Of a stretch of DNA of 64,000 nt, positions 12,131-24,868 are shown piece after piece; positions within the stretch are counted from its first letter, which is position 1, and each line of letters opens with the position of its first letter. Under the pieces are notes generated by a model. That model was not told the origin of the DNA, made no database searches, and saw only the letters and a program-made list of their open reading frames with translations. Made by a program: the position numbers and the translations under genes. The DNA is from Callorhinchus milii (lineage: Eukaryota): positions 79,982,001 to 80,046,000 of the forward strand of contig NW_024704743.1 in the NCBI RefSeq assembly GCF_018977255.1. Direction: 5' to 3'.

Positions 12131-15100
12131 CTGACATTCAAACCCCACCTAATCTATCTGACTTTCTAACATTCAAACTGACATTCCACAGATGTCCTCT
12201 CATTCCTGGGGAGTCTGGCAGTGGTAGGCTGTTTGACACTGGCGTGTGTGTGTATGTGTGTGTATCTATATGGAGAGGTGGAGGGGAAGGTATTACAGCT
12301 GACTCAACTCAACCCAACTGACATCTGCACATGTGTACCCTGTAATAGTGGCCTCTGAATAACAATCAGGAGCACAACCTTTGCTGATTTGCCTCTTTAA
12401 CTCAGGGACACTAAGAATACTTGGATTGCCTAAATACTGCCCTGGCTGAGATCAGCTAACTCAGCATATGCCAAGGCTTGAATAGTCAACTTATTATTAC
12501 ACACTAGGCTATCAGGAAAGCTTTGTTCAATATTTGAACTACTCAAGTTGGAAACTTCTTTTTTTACTAATGATTGAAAGTAGCTTGGTTGTTACTTAAT
12601 ATCAGTCACCAAACTATTGAAATCAGAAGATAAAGTCTAGATGTTCAATTTGGGAATCATAGCTATTGAGAAGAACGTCACAGTTGTCAATAATGATTGA
12701 AATAACTATTTCAGAATCCAGCTATAGCACTCGATATTTTGGGCTGACTGCACTCAAACATATTTGGGAAAATTCTATATATAAAATTTTAAATGAGATT
12801 GAGAAAGTAAACTCAAAACAATATTTTCAATTGCTCTGAGACATCAGAGCAACAATGCAGAAGGGAATAGAAAGGTTAAGAAGAGGAGATAGGGAGGTGG
12901 AAGAAGGAGCTCATGTGGAGTATAAACACCAGCATGCACTTGTTGGTCCAAATGACCTGTGTCTTTGCTGTAATAATCTATGTAACTGCATTAACAAGAT
13001 TAAGATTGTATAGATCAATTTTAGCTCAGACGCCAAATACAGTGCATTCACAGAGTCAGGATCAGACAGAGGGTATGCAATTATATGGAGTGGGGCCTTT
13101 GCTCTCCGTGCTGCCTATCTTGATCACTCCAACTCTCTGCGCTACCTCTCCACCATACACATGGTCAACTCCTCAACTACTTCAATTTCATTCAATTAAG
13201 CAAACTATGCAATTATCTAATAAGCATTTGAGCAGAGTGACTGGAAGGTAATTAAAGACTGAAACGGTTCCCAGGAAGGGTGGTTAAGACCATGACCCTA
13301 GACTCAGCTTAATGCTGTAGTTGGAGGATGAAACGATGGGGTTAAATGGTCAAAGGGCCTTCTTCGTGTGAATATGTGTTATGATTTTCATATTATTTTA
13401 GAGAAAATATGAGTACGCAATACTTATACTCAGTCATCAATAATCAACATATTATTGGTAGTGAGACCATGCTTATCCTTGTTGCCTGGGTGACAGACAC
13501 TAATTCCGAAACAAAGTCCTAACTCTGCAAAGAATATGATGCAGAATCTGTCTAATGAATTATTACACTGGCCTTTCAAACCCTGTCGTTCTGGAATAGG
13601 GATCTTCATGCAGATTTAAACGAAAGCTTCATCACTTCAATGTTTTACTGTGTCCTCTGTTCCCAGCATAAGGCAGCACTGGAGACTGCATGGAAGTTAC
13701 TTTGAAGAAAAGGGTTACATAATTAAATGATCTTGTGGCAGAAAGAGGAAAGAAAAAACAACCCAGGCAATAAAACCGACCAGAAAATCAGAATAGAAAT
13801 ATCAACATCCTGTTGGCTGGAAGAATCAAACTGGGATTTGTTGGAATGTGCCCACGACAGCTGCTTCTGATGACACACAGAAGTCCATCTGCTTCCACTA
13901 CTTTACTATCATAATTATTTCCTGTGGTATGGGTTCAAAGGACTTTCACAAATCCTTGTCAAGCACAGGTCAAGAAGATAGAGATTCACTTCAAATGAGA
14001 TCATTTCCTGTCAATCCTCTAATAGTTTTCATTTTCTCTTTCCTGCTTTGTATTCAGGTTCCCTGAGCTGAGACGTACACATGATGGAAAGAACAGTGGG
14101 AAAACCAGTGTGTGGGTTGTATCTTTATAACAGAGGAAAAACAGATGCCACAGACACTCGTTCACCAGTAAATTCTCCTATGTTTATTTTAAAACACATC
14201 AATCCTGCTTGAAGTCAGTTTAATTCAGTAAACTATAAAGACACGCATTGGGCTTTATTCTTCCTGTTTACATCTTCACATGTTTCCACACCATGGACCA
14301 CCAGGATGCAGTTCCAGAAGCTTTTTGGCAGCTTCTCTGACTGTCAACAGCTGCCCAGCGTTGCCAGCCTCATTAAACCTGTGCTCACTTACAGCTTCCT
14401 GTCTTTCTCTGACGTCAATGATTCCCTGCACTGGCTTTTCTCTGGAGCTCACCAGTGATAATCACCAGATCGCACTCCTGCAAGTGTCCCAGTCAATAAG
14501 TGGTGAACACCTTTCCTTGACTTTATGAAAATGATACGACAACAACAACAACTTGGATTTATATAGCGCCCTCCATGCTGGATGGCATCTCAGAGTGCTT
14601 CACAGTAACGGGGCTGAGCCAGGGGGAGGGGGAGGAAGGTGAGCAAAGGCGCGGTCGAAAAGAAAGGTTTTCAGCAGGGACCTGAAAATAGGAAGAGAGG
14701 GGGTGAGGTGAAGGGAGTGAGGAAGGGAATTCCAGAGCCTCGGGGCATAGTGGCTGAAGGCATAGCCACCGAGGGTGGAGCGGAAGACTCGGAGGATGAG
14801 GAGGAGGCCAGACCTGGAGGAACAAAGGCAATGGGTACTGTTTTGAGGAGAGAGGAGGTCAGAGAGGTAGTGGAGGGATTTGAAGACAAGAGTGAGGATC
14901 TTGAAGTCGATCCTCTCTGGGACAGGGAGCCAGTGCAGTCTGGCAAAGACTGGGGTAATCGGGGAGTGGAGTTTGGTGCGGGTGAGAATGCGGGCAGCAG
15001 AGTTTTGAATGATCTGGATTTTATGGATGGTAGTGGAGGGGAAGCCGGCGAGGAGGGCGTTAGAATAGTCCAGCCGAGAGGTGACAAAGGCATGGACCAG

Positions 15101-15198
15101 GGTTTCAGCGGCTTTCGGAGAGAGGTATTGGCGGAGACAGGCGATGCGTCGGAGGTGGAAGAAGTTGATGCTGGTGAGGGACCGGATGTGGGGGAGGA

Positions 15199-15635
15199 AC
15201 AACAACAAGATTACATTTGTATAGCACCCTTCAGGTCGGGAGGAAGTCCCAAGGCGCTGGACAGAGTACAGCATTTCAGACTCCAGCTGGGATTGGAGGG
15301 GTAAGGGAGGGGAGGGGAAGGGGGGTGGCCGATGGCATGGTCAAAGAGGAGGGTCTTGAGGCGGGACTTGAAGGAGGCTAAGGAGGGGGCGAGGCGGAGT
15401 GACTGGGGATGGAATTCCAGAGATTGGGGGCAGAGTGGCTAAAGGCTCTCCCGCCAATGGTGGGGCAGATGGGTTAGGGGACGTGCAGCAGGCCGGAGCC
15501 GGCTGAGCAGAGAGAACAGGCGGCTTGGTAGGGGGTTAGGAGGTCGCAGAGATAGGGTGGGGTGAGGCCTTGGAGGGCTTTGTATGTGAGGACCAGTATC
15601 TTGAACTGGATCCTCTGAAGGATAGGGAGCCAGTG
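15199..15635 (-). mobile_element. Young L2 3' fragment nested in the large L2
   Basis: Own tail (atacaaatgtaatcttgttgttg on minus); highly similar to the reverse complement of 57290-57731. Confidence 0.9.
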
Positions 15636-17629
15636 GATAATTGGAAGGATAGAAATGGGGCGGTAGTGGCTGGAATTTGAGGGATCTAGGGAAGGTTTTT
15701 NGAGAAGGGGTTTGATGACAGCAGTTTTGAGTGGGGCAGGGACTGATCCAAAGGAGAGGGACTGGTTGATGACATCAGCCAGTAGTGGGCAGAGGAGGGG
15801 GAGCTGGGTGACCAGTATGTTGGTGGGGAGGGGGTTGAGGCACAGGTGGTGGGTTTCATGGAGGTGATGGTGGGTGAGAGGGAGGAGGGAGAGATGAAGG
15901 AATGTAGGATGTGGGTGGTGGTAGGAGCAGATGATGGGGGAAGTGAGGGGAACAGAAAGGGCATGGAATTGGGTGACAAGAGGCAGGTGGATGAGGCTGC
16001 CTGGCGGATGTTGTGAATTTTAGATGAAAAGAAGTCCATGACCTCCTTGCACTTGGCATTTGATATGAAGATTGAGGAGGCCTGAGGGGCTGCACGGAGG
16101 AGGTAGTGGGTGGTGAAAAAAAAGATTTTAGGGTTGTGTTTAGCCTCCAAGATGATGTTGGAGTAGAAGGACGTTTTTGCGCGTGTCAAAGAACTGCGGT
16201 AGCTGTGAAGATGCTCGAGCTACAGTTGGCGGTGGACTGTCAGGCCAGTTTTCCGCCATCTGCGCTCAAGCAGCCGGGTTTGGGTTTTTAGGCGACAGAG
16301 ATGGTTGTTGTACCAGGGGGATCGGGTGGGTTTGGAGATGGTCCTGGATTTCAGGGGGATGAGGGAGTTGAAGGTAGAGGAGAGGTGATCATGGAGCAGC
16401 TGGACATCTGCTTCAGGATCTCTGCGGGTGGAAGGCCAGAGGGAAAGGATGTTTGATGATGTGAGGACCTTTGTGCGGGTCTCAGGGGGTAACCTTTTCG
16501 AAGGCCGGTAGAGGATGGTTGAGGGCTTGATGGAGGAGAGAGGGATGTGAGAGGAGAAGGAGATGAGGAAGTGGTCCAAGATGGCCTTGTCCACTATGCT
16601 GAGGTTAGAAATGTCAAGGCCATGGGTGATGATGAGGTCAAGGGCATGACCACGGTTGTGGGTGGGTGAATTTATACGAAGGGTGAGATTTAGGGAAGAG
16701 AGGAGGGCAGTGAAGTCGGCAGAAGTGGTGCAAGGGGAGTTTAGGTGGAGGTTGAAATCGCCCATTATGATCAGGCGCTCGGAGCAGAGGGACAGGGAAG
16801 AGAGGAGAGTAGAGATGTCTGTGTGGAAGGAGACAGGGGGCTTAGGGGCGGCGGTAGACAAGGAGGATTTTCAATGGGAGAGACGGGTGGAAAAGGGTGA
16901 GGTGCTCGAAGGAGGGGAAGCAGCCAGAGGAGTAGGGAGTAAGACCAAGGGAGGCTTTGAAAATGAAGGCCACCCCGCTGCCACGTTGGTTTGGACAGGG
17001 GGTGTGGTGGAAGGTGTAGCCTGGAGGGGAGGCTTCGACTAGGGGACGGGGTCATTGGGGGAGAGCCAGGTTTCGGTGTGCCCAAGAATGTCAAGGTGCT
17101 CATCCAGGATGAGGTCGTGGATGGTTTGGGCTTTGAGAGGGAACGGACGTTTTGGAGGGAAATGCGGGTGGGTTTGCTGGAAGGAGGGGAGGAATGAGAG
17201 AGAGGGAGGAGAAAGTGATTTTCGGGTGTACAGAAGAGATGGTTGTGGAGAGTGGTGTGAGTGGAGAGTTGGGGAAGATACATATGAGGGAGGGGGAAGT
17301 TGGGCTTGTCTTAAGGAAGCGGTTTGAGCGGAGGGAGTGAATGATTGGTCATGTGGGGTTGCTGCTCTGGGACAGCCAGTGCCGGGAACCATGATGGGCC
17401 TGGCGGAGGAAGCCCAGGCTGGAGCAGCGGGAAGTGGTGATGGGGTTGAGGAGAGAGAGAAGGCGGGGACGGCGATGGGAGAGAAGGACAGAGGGGGGTG
17501 GGAGGAGAGACATTTGGAGTGGAGGGGAAGGCTCGGGTCAGGGTGGCAGCCAAAACGCGCACGCAGAGACCGAGAGCGGGCAATCAGTGGGACGACATCA
17601 GCCCTCAGGCTCAGCCTCCCAGGTCATGG

Positions 17630-17852
17630 CCAAGATGGCAGTGACATGGGCTGCCAGGCCATTGTTGTTGTTGTTGCTGTTTTTTAACTGTGACGTCACG
17701 TCAACGTCACTTTGTGAATCGCGCCCCCTCCCCTCACTTACCTCCCCCCCACTCTCCTGACTCTGCTCCTATCGGAGTGGCTCCTCACCTGGCTTTGCTT
17801 TATACACGCAGCTAGGCTTCGGCTCTGCCCCGAGCTCTCCTGACTCAGCTCC
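17630..17852 (-). promoter_or_regulatory. Putative internal promoter / 5'UTR of the L2
   Basis: Direct repeat ggagc(t/a)gagtcaggagag, AP-1 tgagtca, TATA-like gtataaag, CRE tgacgtca with extra half-sites, YY1-like gccatctt; function inferred only. Confidence 0.4.
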
Positions 17853-18103
17853 ACGACACAAAGCTATTTGCAGCAATTAAACCATCTGTAGTACCTTTGA
17901 CCTTGTCCACTTTTTAACTCTGCTGCCCACAGTACTTTTGAATCTGTTGCCTTCAGTACATTTGACCTTGCAGGTCCATTTGATTCACTTTCACTCCGAT
18001 GTTACTATATTACGATGCGGCTACACTAGGAGGATATCCAAGATATCCTAGTGGCTCTGTCCCTGAGTGCTTCTCATAACCCAGCCACAGGCCACTGGAT
18101 GAA

Positions 18104-18459
18104 GGAGTCCTGTAGCTTAGTGGTAAGAACACTCACCTTGCAAGCGAGAGACCTGGGTTTGATTCCCGGCAGGGCGAAATGTTGGGCAAGTTTCCTTACT
18201 CCACATGCCTCTGTTTACCCAGCAATAAGTAGGAACCCGGTTATTAATCAATTGGTGGATTGTTTTTTCATAAAAAATAGTAAAATTTGGTCATTCAATC
18301 TACACTGTTTGTGGGACACTACTGTGCACAATTGGCTGCAGTGTTTCATCCACAAAATATGCAGTCAATTCATTTTACAGTTTATTCTGTGAAACACTTG
18401 GAGACATCTCAAAGATGTGATAAGGTGCTATATCAAATGCAAGGATTATTATTATTATT
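18104..18459 (+). mobile_element. Full-length family A SINE (long variant)
   Basis: ggagtcctgtagcttagtgg head, gcctctgtttacccagcaataagtaggaaccc insert, (att)n tail. Confidence 0.92.
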
Positions 18460-18539
18460 CCTTCTGTTTGTGTTATTTCTTTATTCCATGTGGTTCCCTG
18501 TGGTGGCGGTAAAAGTATCAGAGGTCAAATACCCCAATC

Positions 18540-18735
18540 ACTCCCCCTCGCCCCCTCCTTAGCCTCCTTCAAGTCCCACCTCAAAACCCTCCTCTTCGAC
18601 CATGCCATTGGTCACCCCCCTTCCTCTCCCCTCCCTTCTCCCCCCTGACCCCAGCTCGGGTCTGAAATGCTGTACACTGTCCAGCGCCTTGGGACGTCCT
18701 CCTGACGCTATACAAATATAATCTTGTTGTTTTCT
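18540..18735 (+). mobile_element. Young L2 3' end
   Basis: cttcaagtcccacctcaaaaccctcctcttcgacc..ccagctcgggtctgaaatgctgtac..(ttg) tail as at 57550-57731. Confidence 0.88.
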
Positions 18736-21700
18736 TGTTGAGTCCACACAATGAGCACAGTAACTCAATGTCTCAACATTCGAAACTCCATTATATGCAA
18801 CATCTACACAACTGTGCCAGAAAACTGTGACTTCTCTCTTTGGCTGAAATTGAGGTTTGTGTAACCCACAGGACCTTTGGTGATATGTGATTATATTAGG
18901 GAATTTAGCTGTTAACAGGATCAAAAGCATTATGTATAACACCAACCAAAATTTCAACTCAGCTATTGAATGTGAGGGTCTTATATATGCTTGTGGAGTC
19001 AAGGTCAAGTCAACAAGAGTTCCCAGCAAACAGCCCATAATTTAGCAAAACCGAGCCTCAACTTGGGTGTTCATTCTCTCTTTCCAGGGGAGAAATTGTA
19101 CAATCCCGAAATGATAAGCAGAAAGTTTGATTTCCTGGTAGCTGGAAATACAGGTTCTTAAGTATAGCAATTATACTGTATACTTGGAACAGAATATTGA
19201 ATAATAGGTGCAGTACAGTAATAGTGGATTAAGCTGTTTTCACATTTACTTGTCAACTTGCAAAATAGAGATAAGAAATCAAATACAAATTCTTATTAAA
19301 TAATTATTATCCAAGTGCACTATTGGACATCTTACCGCTGTTGCTTAGACTGAGTATTCACTGAAGAAAAATAGAAAGAAACAACGTACTTTAAATTTCA
19401 CACATTAGTACCAGTGAGGGAAGCTCCAGCAATATCCAAGGGTTCTTATAATGATGATAGTCTGCTTTAGTACAAGGAGAGATGTTCAATGTGTGGAGCT
19501 TAACGGTTCCTGAGCTGCTGATTCTGTAAATATGTCAGGGAAGCTAAAATGTCCATTAATTTAGACAAGGCCAAATCAAATGTGGGTTTAGGATCAAGAC
19601 CTTCACTGCAACCTCTTTTTTCTACAATTGTGTGCAAATTTCTACCAGGACAAGCATATTCTGTTTCAGGGGAGAGAGGATCCTACAGTCCAGCAAGGGT
19701 AGCATTCAAACTGAGCACTATAGTTGGTCTGTAATAGTAATGGTTAGCCTGAATGAAGATCATTTTCCCGGTTCTTATCTGCTTTCATGCATGAATAACA
19801 TTTGTCAGGTTAAAGTAAACGCAAGGATCTTTGTAGGAAGGGGAAACACTTGATTTTATGACAATGGAACAGATGTCAGATAAAGTAAAATAAACTTATG
19901 AAGAGTGTCACAGATCATAAAAGAGGTAAATACACATCCTCCTAAGCAATGTGTCATCGTTCATTTACGTGGAATATTAAAAATAAGTGGCGTTTGTGGA
20001 TGTTATTACCATCCTACAAATCTAAGTCTAGGAGGAACGATGTGTGAACAACAGCAGACTTTCTATTCATGTCAAGGTCAAAGGTAGGGGAGGTATACTG
20101 AAGGATTGTGCAGCCAAGCCATAAGTTGTAAATGATTTTCTCAGTTCCTCCCTTGGCAGCATTGAATCCTGACAGGCATAGTTCGATGAGTCTTGCAGAC
20201 TTCTTAGCACCTTTCCCAAATGACCATTCTTCATGTGTGAGAGGAGGCAGTGAATGTTTTGGGGTATCACAACCAAAATTGATCTTGATCCCATTAGATA
20301 TCGGTAGACACACACTTTCCAGCAGGAGTCCCTGGAGAGTGATCAGAATTGGTTGATGTTTCGCATTCCTTAACTCAGGGACACGAAGGGCAATCATAGA
20401 GCCCAGCTGCTCTCTTGCATAAGATCAACTGTCAGAACATAGAATGGGGATTAAACCTGTCATCTTCCTGGTCTGTATAGCTTAGAGTCACACCGCTTGG
20501 CTGGTTGTCACTCTTTTAGAATCTATGCTCTTGTAGTGCAAAATGTATTGCGTACTGTGACATCCAAGGTTATATGAAAGAGGCAATCAACAAGACCCAA
20601 TTCTCTTCTAAACCAAGTGGCTTGAAAGCTATTCGTGCTTCTGCGAATTTGCAAAGTACGCACAGAGCCCTGTTAGAAAGATCTTCCAAGCTTCCCCCAA
20701 AGTGCACTTGAGACTGGACAGTGATGTTATTGGACATTTCATTTAAATTATAATATTACTGGGGCCTAATTTGCAACATTTGCAAACTGGATGTGCTTAT
20801 TGTAACTTTACATGGAATCTACATCACTGAATCAGTTCATTTGGTCCAACTAGTAAGTGCTGGTGTTTATATTCCACATGGGCCACCATCCTTCCAAATC
20901 CTCTCTCCCAAACTGCTCTCCCCCTTACTCTTATTCCCATCTCGCTTTCATTATTTAAATTGTGTAACGTGTTGTATCTCTGCAGTCCATAAGCTCAGCT
21001 GGGGACTCAAAGTCCCAGCATGGTGCTTGAACCCAAGACGTTCAGGCTCAAAGGCAAGATTGCTACCATCTATGCTATATTGACTATCATTGCAATTTTC
21101 AATTGTGAACAGCAAAAAATGTCTAACTTGTGATTTTGCTAAACAACTAATAGCAATTTCGAGCCAGAGAGTGAAACACAAACCCATTTCCTTTCATCAC
21201 CTTATCTTCACTTTTGGAAATTGCGAATTAGATAGTTTTCAATATTCACAAACAACATTTGCAATTAATGCAAAAATATAAATGCTTTTGCAAATATCGT
21301 GAATTAAATGGCAATATATAAAAGAACGTGTTACACCTGCTAGAACTGGGGATTCAAACACTAAGAAAATACATTTGCTAGTAGACTGACCTACAGACTT
21401 TAAACCAAGCAGTTAATGGTACCTGTTTCACTGGTGTCCTGCATCCTGAGAAGGACTGACATGAGTTGCTTGACAGCAAATTCATAATAAAAAGCAAGTT
21501 TTCCTGTAGAAATTGCAGACACAAGCTTTTGTCAGGGATCATAAATCTCTTGGAAGTTTTATTATTTTAAGTTATTTCAGGATATGTGTTGTGAAAACCT
21601 ACTGGCAGTGCAGGTCCAGGGTAGAGTGACCTTTGCCTACCAAGCACATCCTGTGCAGTAAATTAATTCTATTTATAATGCACATTTACAACTGTTAGAG

Positions 21701-24700
21701 AATGGTGGACAGGATAAGTAAACGGTCAATGCTTAAGTTTGAATTTGATAACAGTGACAGATTAATTCAAATGTGCACAAATCCAGTTCATTAAAGTTAA
21801 TTTTTGATTTAATACTGTCTGGTAACAATCTGCACCAATGCATTGTATTTATTTAAGACAAGTTGTACCCATTGCAGCTACGCTTCCAACCAAAGAATCC
21901 ATTATAGTAAGTAGATTGATACACAGACAGATGCACAGACAGACATTTCATCTTTATCTATACTCATCTGGGAGGACTCCGGTGGGAGGACACAGCTCTT
22001 TAAAAATGTAATTTTGTTGTTGATGCCGCGGCTTAGCTTCGTCTGTGTTCTTTGTTTTGTTCCCGCTGCTTGGTTACGTGAGTGCTCGGTGACGCAGGAT
22101 ACCACAGCGCCACAGTCAGTCAGCATGGCTATCAGGTGTAACTGCAGTATATGTGTACATACATGAGTGCTCTGTGATGCACAATATCACAGCGTCACTT
22201 TGAGTTGGCAGCCATCAGCTGTAACTGCACCGAAAAATGCAAAACTGAAATAACACATAAACGATAAGAGATACCCAAAAATAAATATGCCTCTGTCACT
22301 CCCAGTTCCAAGACCTTTTCGATGAAGTATAAATCATGTTTCTATGTCAATCGGTTATTGAGATCCTTCTTGAAGCACAGATAAACATGATCGTTTCATT
22401 AGTATGCATAAAAGATAAAGAAGAAGATTATTTTGTCTGTGTTTCCACCTTCTCTCCTGAAGGTGCTGGCTAATTCTATGCTGTGGTTCCACAGGCTTCA
22501 CCCTTCCTCCAGTGCCCAAGTAGCCATTCTTCCTGTGTGATCTTAGGCAGTGAGTGTCGACATGGTATTTAACCATGGAGGCTATCACAAATAAGTCTGA
22601 TTCTATCTTCACTCAATGTCAATATATATAGTGCAACCCCATTATAGTGCAAATTCCTGGCTCCAATATTATGGTGTAGATAACAAATGGCTTAGGAAAT
22701 TAATCATAGAAAATCAAACCAATGTTGCTTTCAAAAAGTGTTAATGACTCCATACAGAAATTAATTACATGTGTTTACAACCACAGATATCTGGTGGGCT
22801 ATTTGTAGCTTGAAGCACATTGGTGTAGTTGAAATAGCACAAAGTTAGAGCAGGTAGGATTCCGATCATAAAAAGATACATTGCAAATTTACCCACATGT
22901 TTGTGGACATTGGATCAGTAGTGTACGAAATGTCATCTTCCAATAACTGGACATGCCATTCTGTCTGGATATAGTGATTGCGTTATTGTGTTTTTACTGC
23001 AGATGCTACAGAAGCACAGGTAATGATGGCAATGATGGATGGAACATAACAGTTTAATATAAAAGTGACGCATTGCTTTCATCACTAAACTACTTTCAGA
23101 TATCAGACAAGTGTGTAATAGAGATACTATTTACAGACAGGATGCATCTTCAATGGACGATAATCAGTGTTGTTCCAACTTCAAATCAGGGCAAGGAATC
23201 ACACTCACTGTTCAGCTGGGCAAACCTGCATAACTACTATGAGAAATAAATACCAATTAAGGATCTTCATGTCAGTACTTCACATTTCCGCTATACTTCA
23301 GTCTCTACAATTAATGTCAAATGGTTCTTGCACAATTATTATTTCCACAAGTGATTGCACTATGATTCACAATCCGCTAACAATAACAAGCAAAAACTAT
23401 TACTTTAACCATTCTTTAAAATATGAAGGATAGAGCCAAATTCTAAACCTTTATTGAGTTTTGTTGCCAATGTTCTCCCTCCTTCCTTCTGAAGGCGTTA
23501 ACTCTTGCTAAGGTATGATTTGTTGGGTGTCGGGTGCCTCCGGTATCTCAACTAAAATTGGTGAATCGTTTCATGGCTGGTTGTGGATATTACTGTGCAC
23601 AAATGTGCTGCCATGCTTGCAACCTGGTTTGCAGTGATCGTTCCGTCACTCATGCTCCACCACTGTCAAATGCTCTGGGATGCTATCCTGTGTGAGGAGT
23701 GCTACATAAATGCAAGTTGTTGTTGTTCCACCAATTGGAGGTAGGAGTTTAAGCACCAGCTGCTTGCCTCTCTGCAGGCCAATCAAGGTGGATTCCAGGC
23801 CTTGGACGTACAAACATGTGTTCACGAACTCAGACTCCAGGTAATACCTTCCAGCAGCTATTGCCCCAAGCCTCAAGATTCCTCATCAGCTATCTAGTGG
23901 GTATCTGCCTTTAGTGTGGTGGGAGGACCTTTACAGAACAGATTGTGACGTGATATTAGGCACCTTCTTGAGGTCCAAATCCAATGTCATGTACCAGACT
24001 TACTCAGCACCAGCTACTTAATCTAGGTCCTCATGCGAGGGGCCTTGGCAAATAGATGTGCCTTCTGTGAAGCCACATCTGCCTTTAGGATGCTTAGTAA
24101 TAGGTCAGTGTAGGCTGAAGCCCTCCTTCCCTGTAGCTGCTTCCTTTGTTTCCCACAAATCTACCTCATTGTTTGATCCTGAACTTTGCAGATGGGTCAG
24201 AGGAAGCCCTCTGCTGCATCCCCTGGAGCTTGGATCCATAAAGGAGGACTGTTTGCACACAGGTCTTGTATGCCACAAGCTTGACCTGCATTGGGACTTT
24301 GCTGTCCTTGAAGAGGGATGAACATGACCAGAGTACCCTTCCTGCTTCTCAGTGTGAACCTTCAGTGCCTTTGCAAATGTAAGAATTATTGTTTATATTG
24401 CTTTTGCTAAAAACGAAATGATTCCACCCCACCTGTGATATTATTTCCAAACTCACATTGTTTTCTTCTGAGGATGTGTTTCAAAAGGGGTTGGGCAACA
24501 AATAGACTTTTGCAGAGCAATTTGCCGAAAAGAGTTCTTATTTTTGCCTCTAAAATCAGCAATGTAATTTGCACTAATCCACAATTATTATAAGTGCCTG
24601 TGTAGACATGCAGTGGAAAATAGGGTAACAGGTGGAACTAAGATAAATTTATTGGCAAACCATAAGGTACTGATACCACCCATAGGCAGCTTCCCCACAA

Positions 24701-24713
24701 ATTTCAGCTAGAA

Positions 24714-24868
24714 AATAATAATAATAATAATGCATTTGATATAGCGCTTTTCACGTCTTCTAGATGTCTCAAAGCACTTCACAGAATATACTGTAAAAGT
24801 GAATTGATTCTGTATTTGTGGGCGAAACTTGGTAACCAATTGTGCACAGCAGTGTCCCACAAACAGCT
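24714..24868 (-). mobile_element. Family A SINE 3' portion, followed by a short CR1 3' tail (about 24880-24930, minus)
   Basis: Family tail and body in reverse; cataggagcaggagtaggccattcggccc matches 34355-34385. Confidence 0.85.

Larger units (their letters stand above)
14542..17852 (-). mobile_element. L2 LINE retaining both ends (5'UTR, N-terminal extension, APE endonuclease, RT start, C-terminus, tail); frameshifted, RT core missing
   Basis: Identical acgaca at 14536-14541 and 17853-17858 (TSD); SLQNVRSL, HTETWL, IMGDFNLH, PTHNRGHALDLI, PWYN, HYRPIS, HAFVTSRLDYSN, LHWLPV; (ttg)n tail. Confidence 0.92.

Noticed and set aside
14639..17760. Many long plus-strand ORFs rich in Gly/Glu/Arg
   Set aside because: Antisense shadows of the C-rich minus-strand L2.
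21878..21906. 29-nt plus exon candidate ending in a gtaagt donor
   Set aside because: Weak polypyrimidine tract and an unrecognised peptide; compatible with chance.
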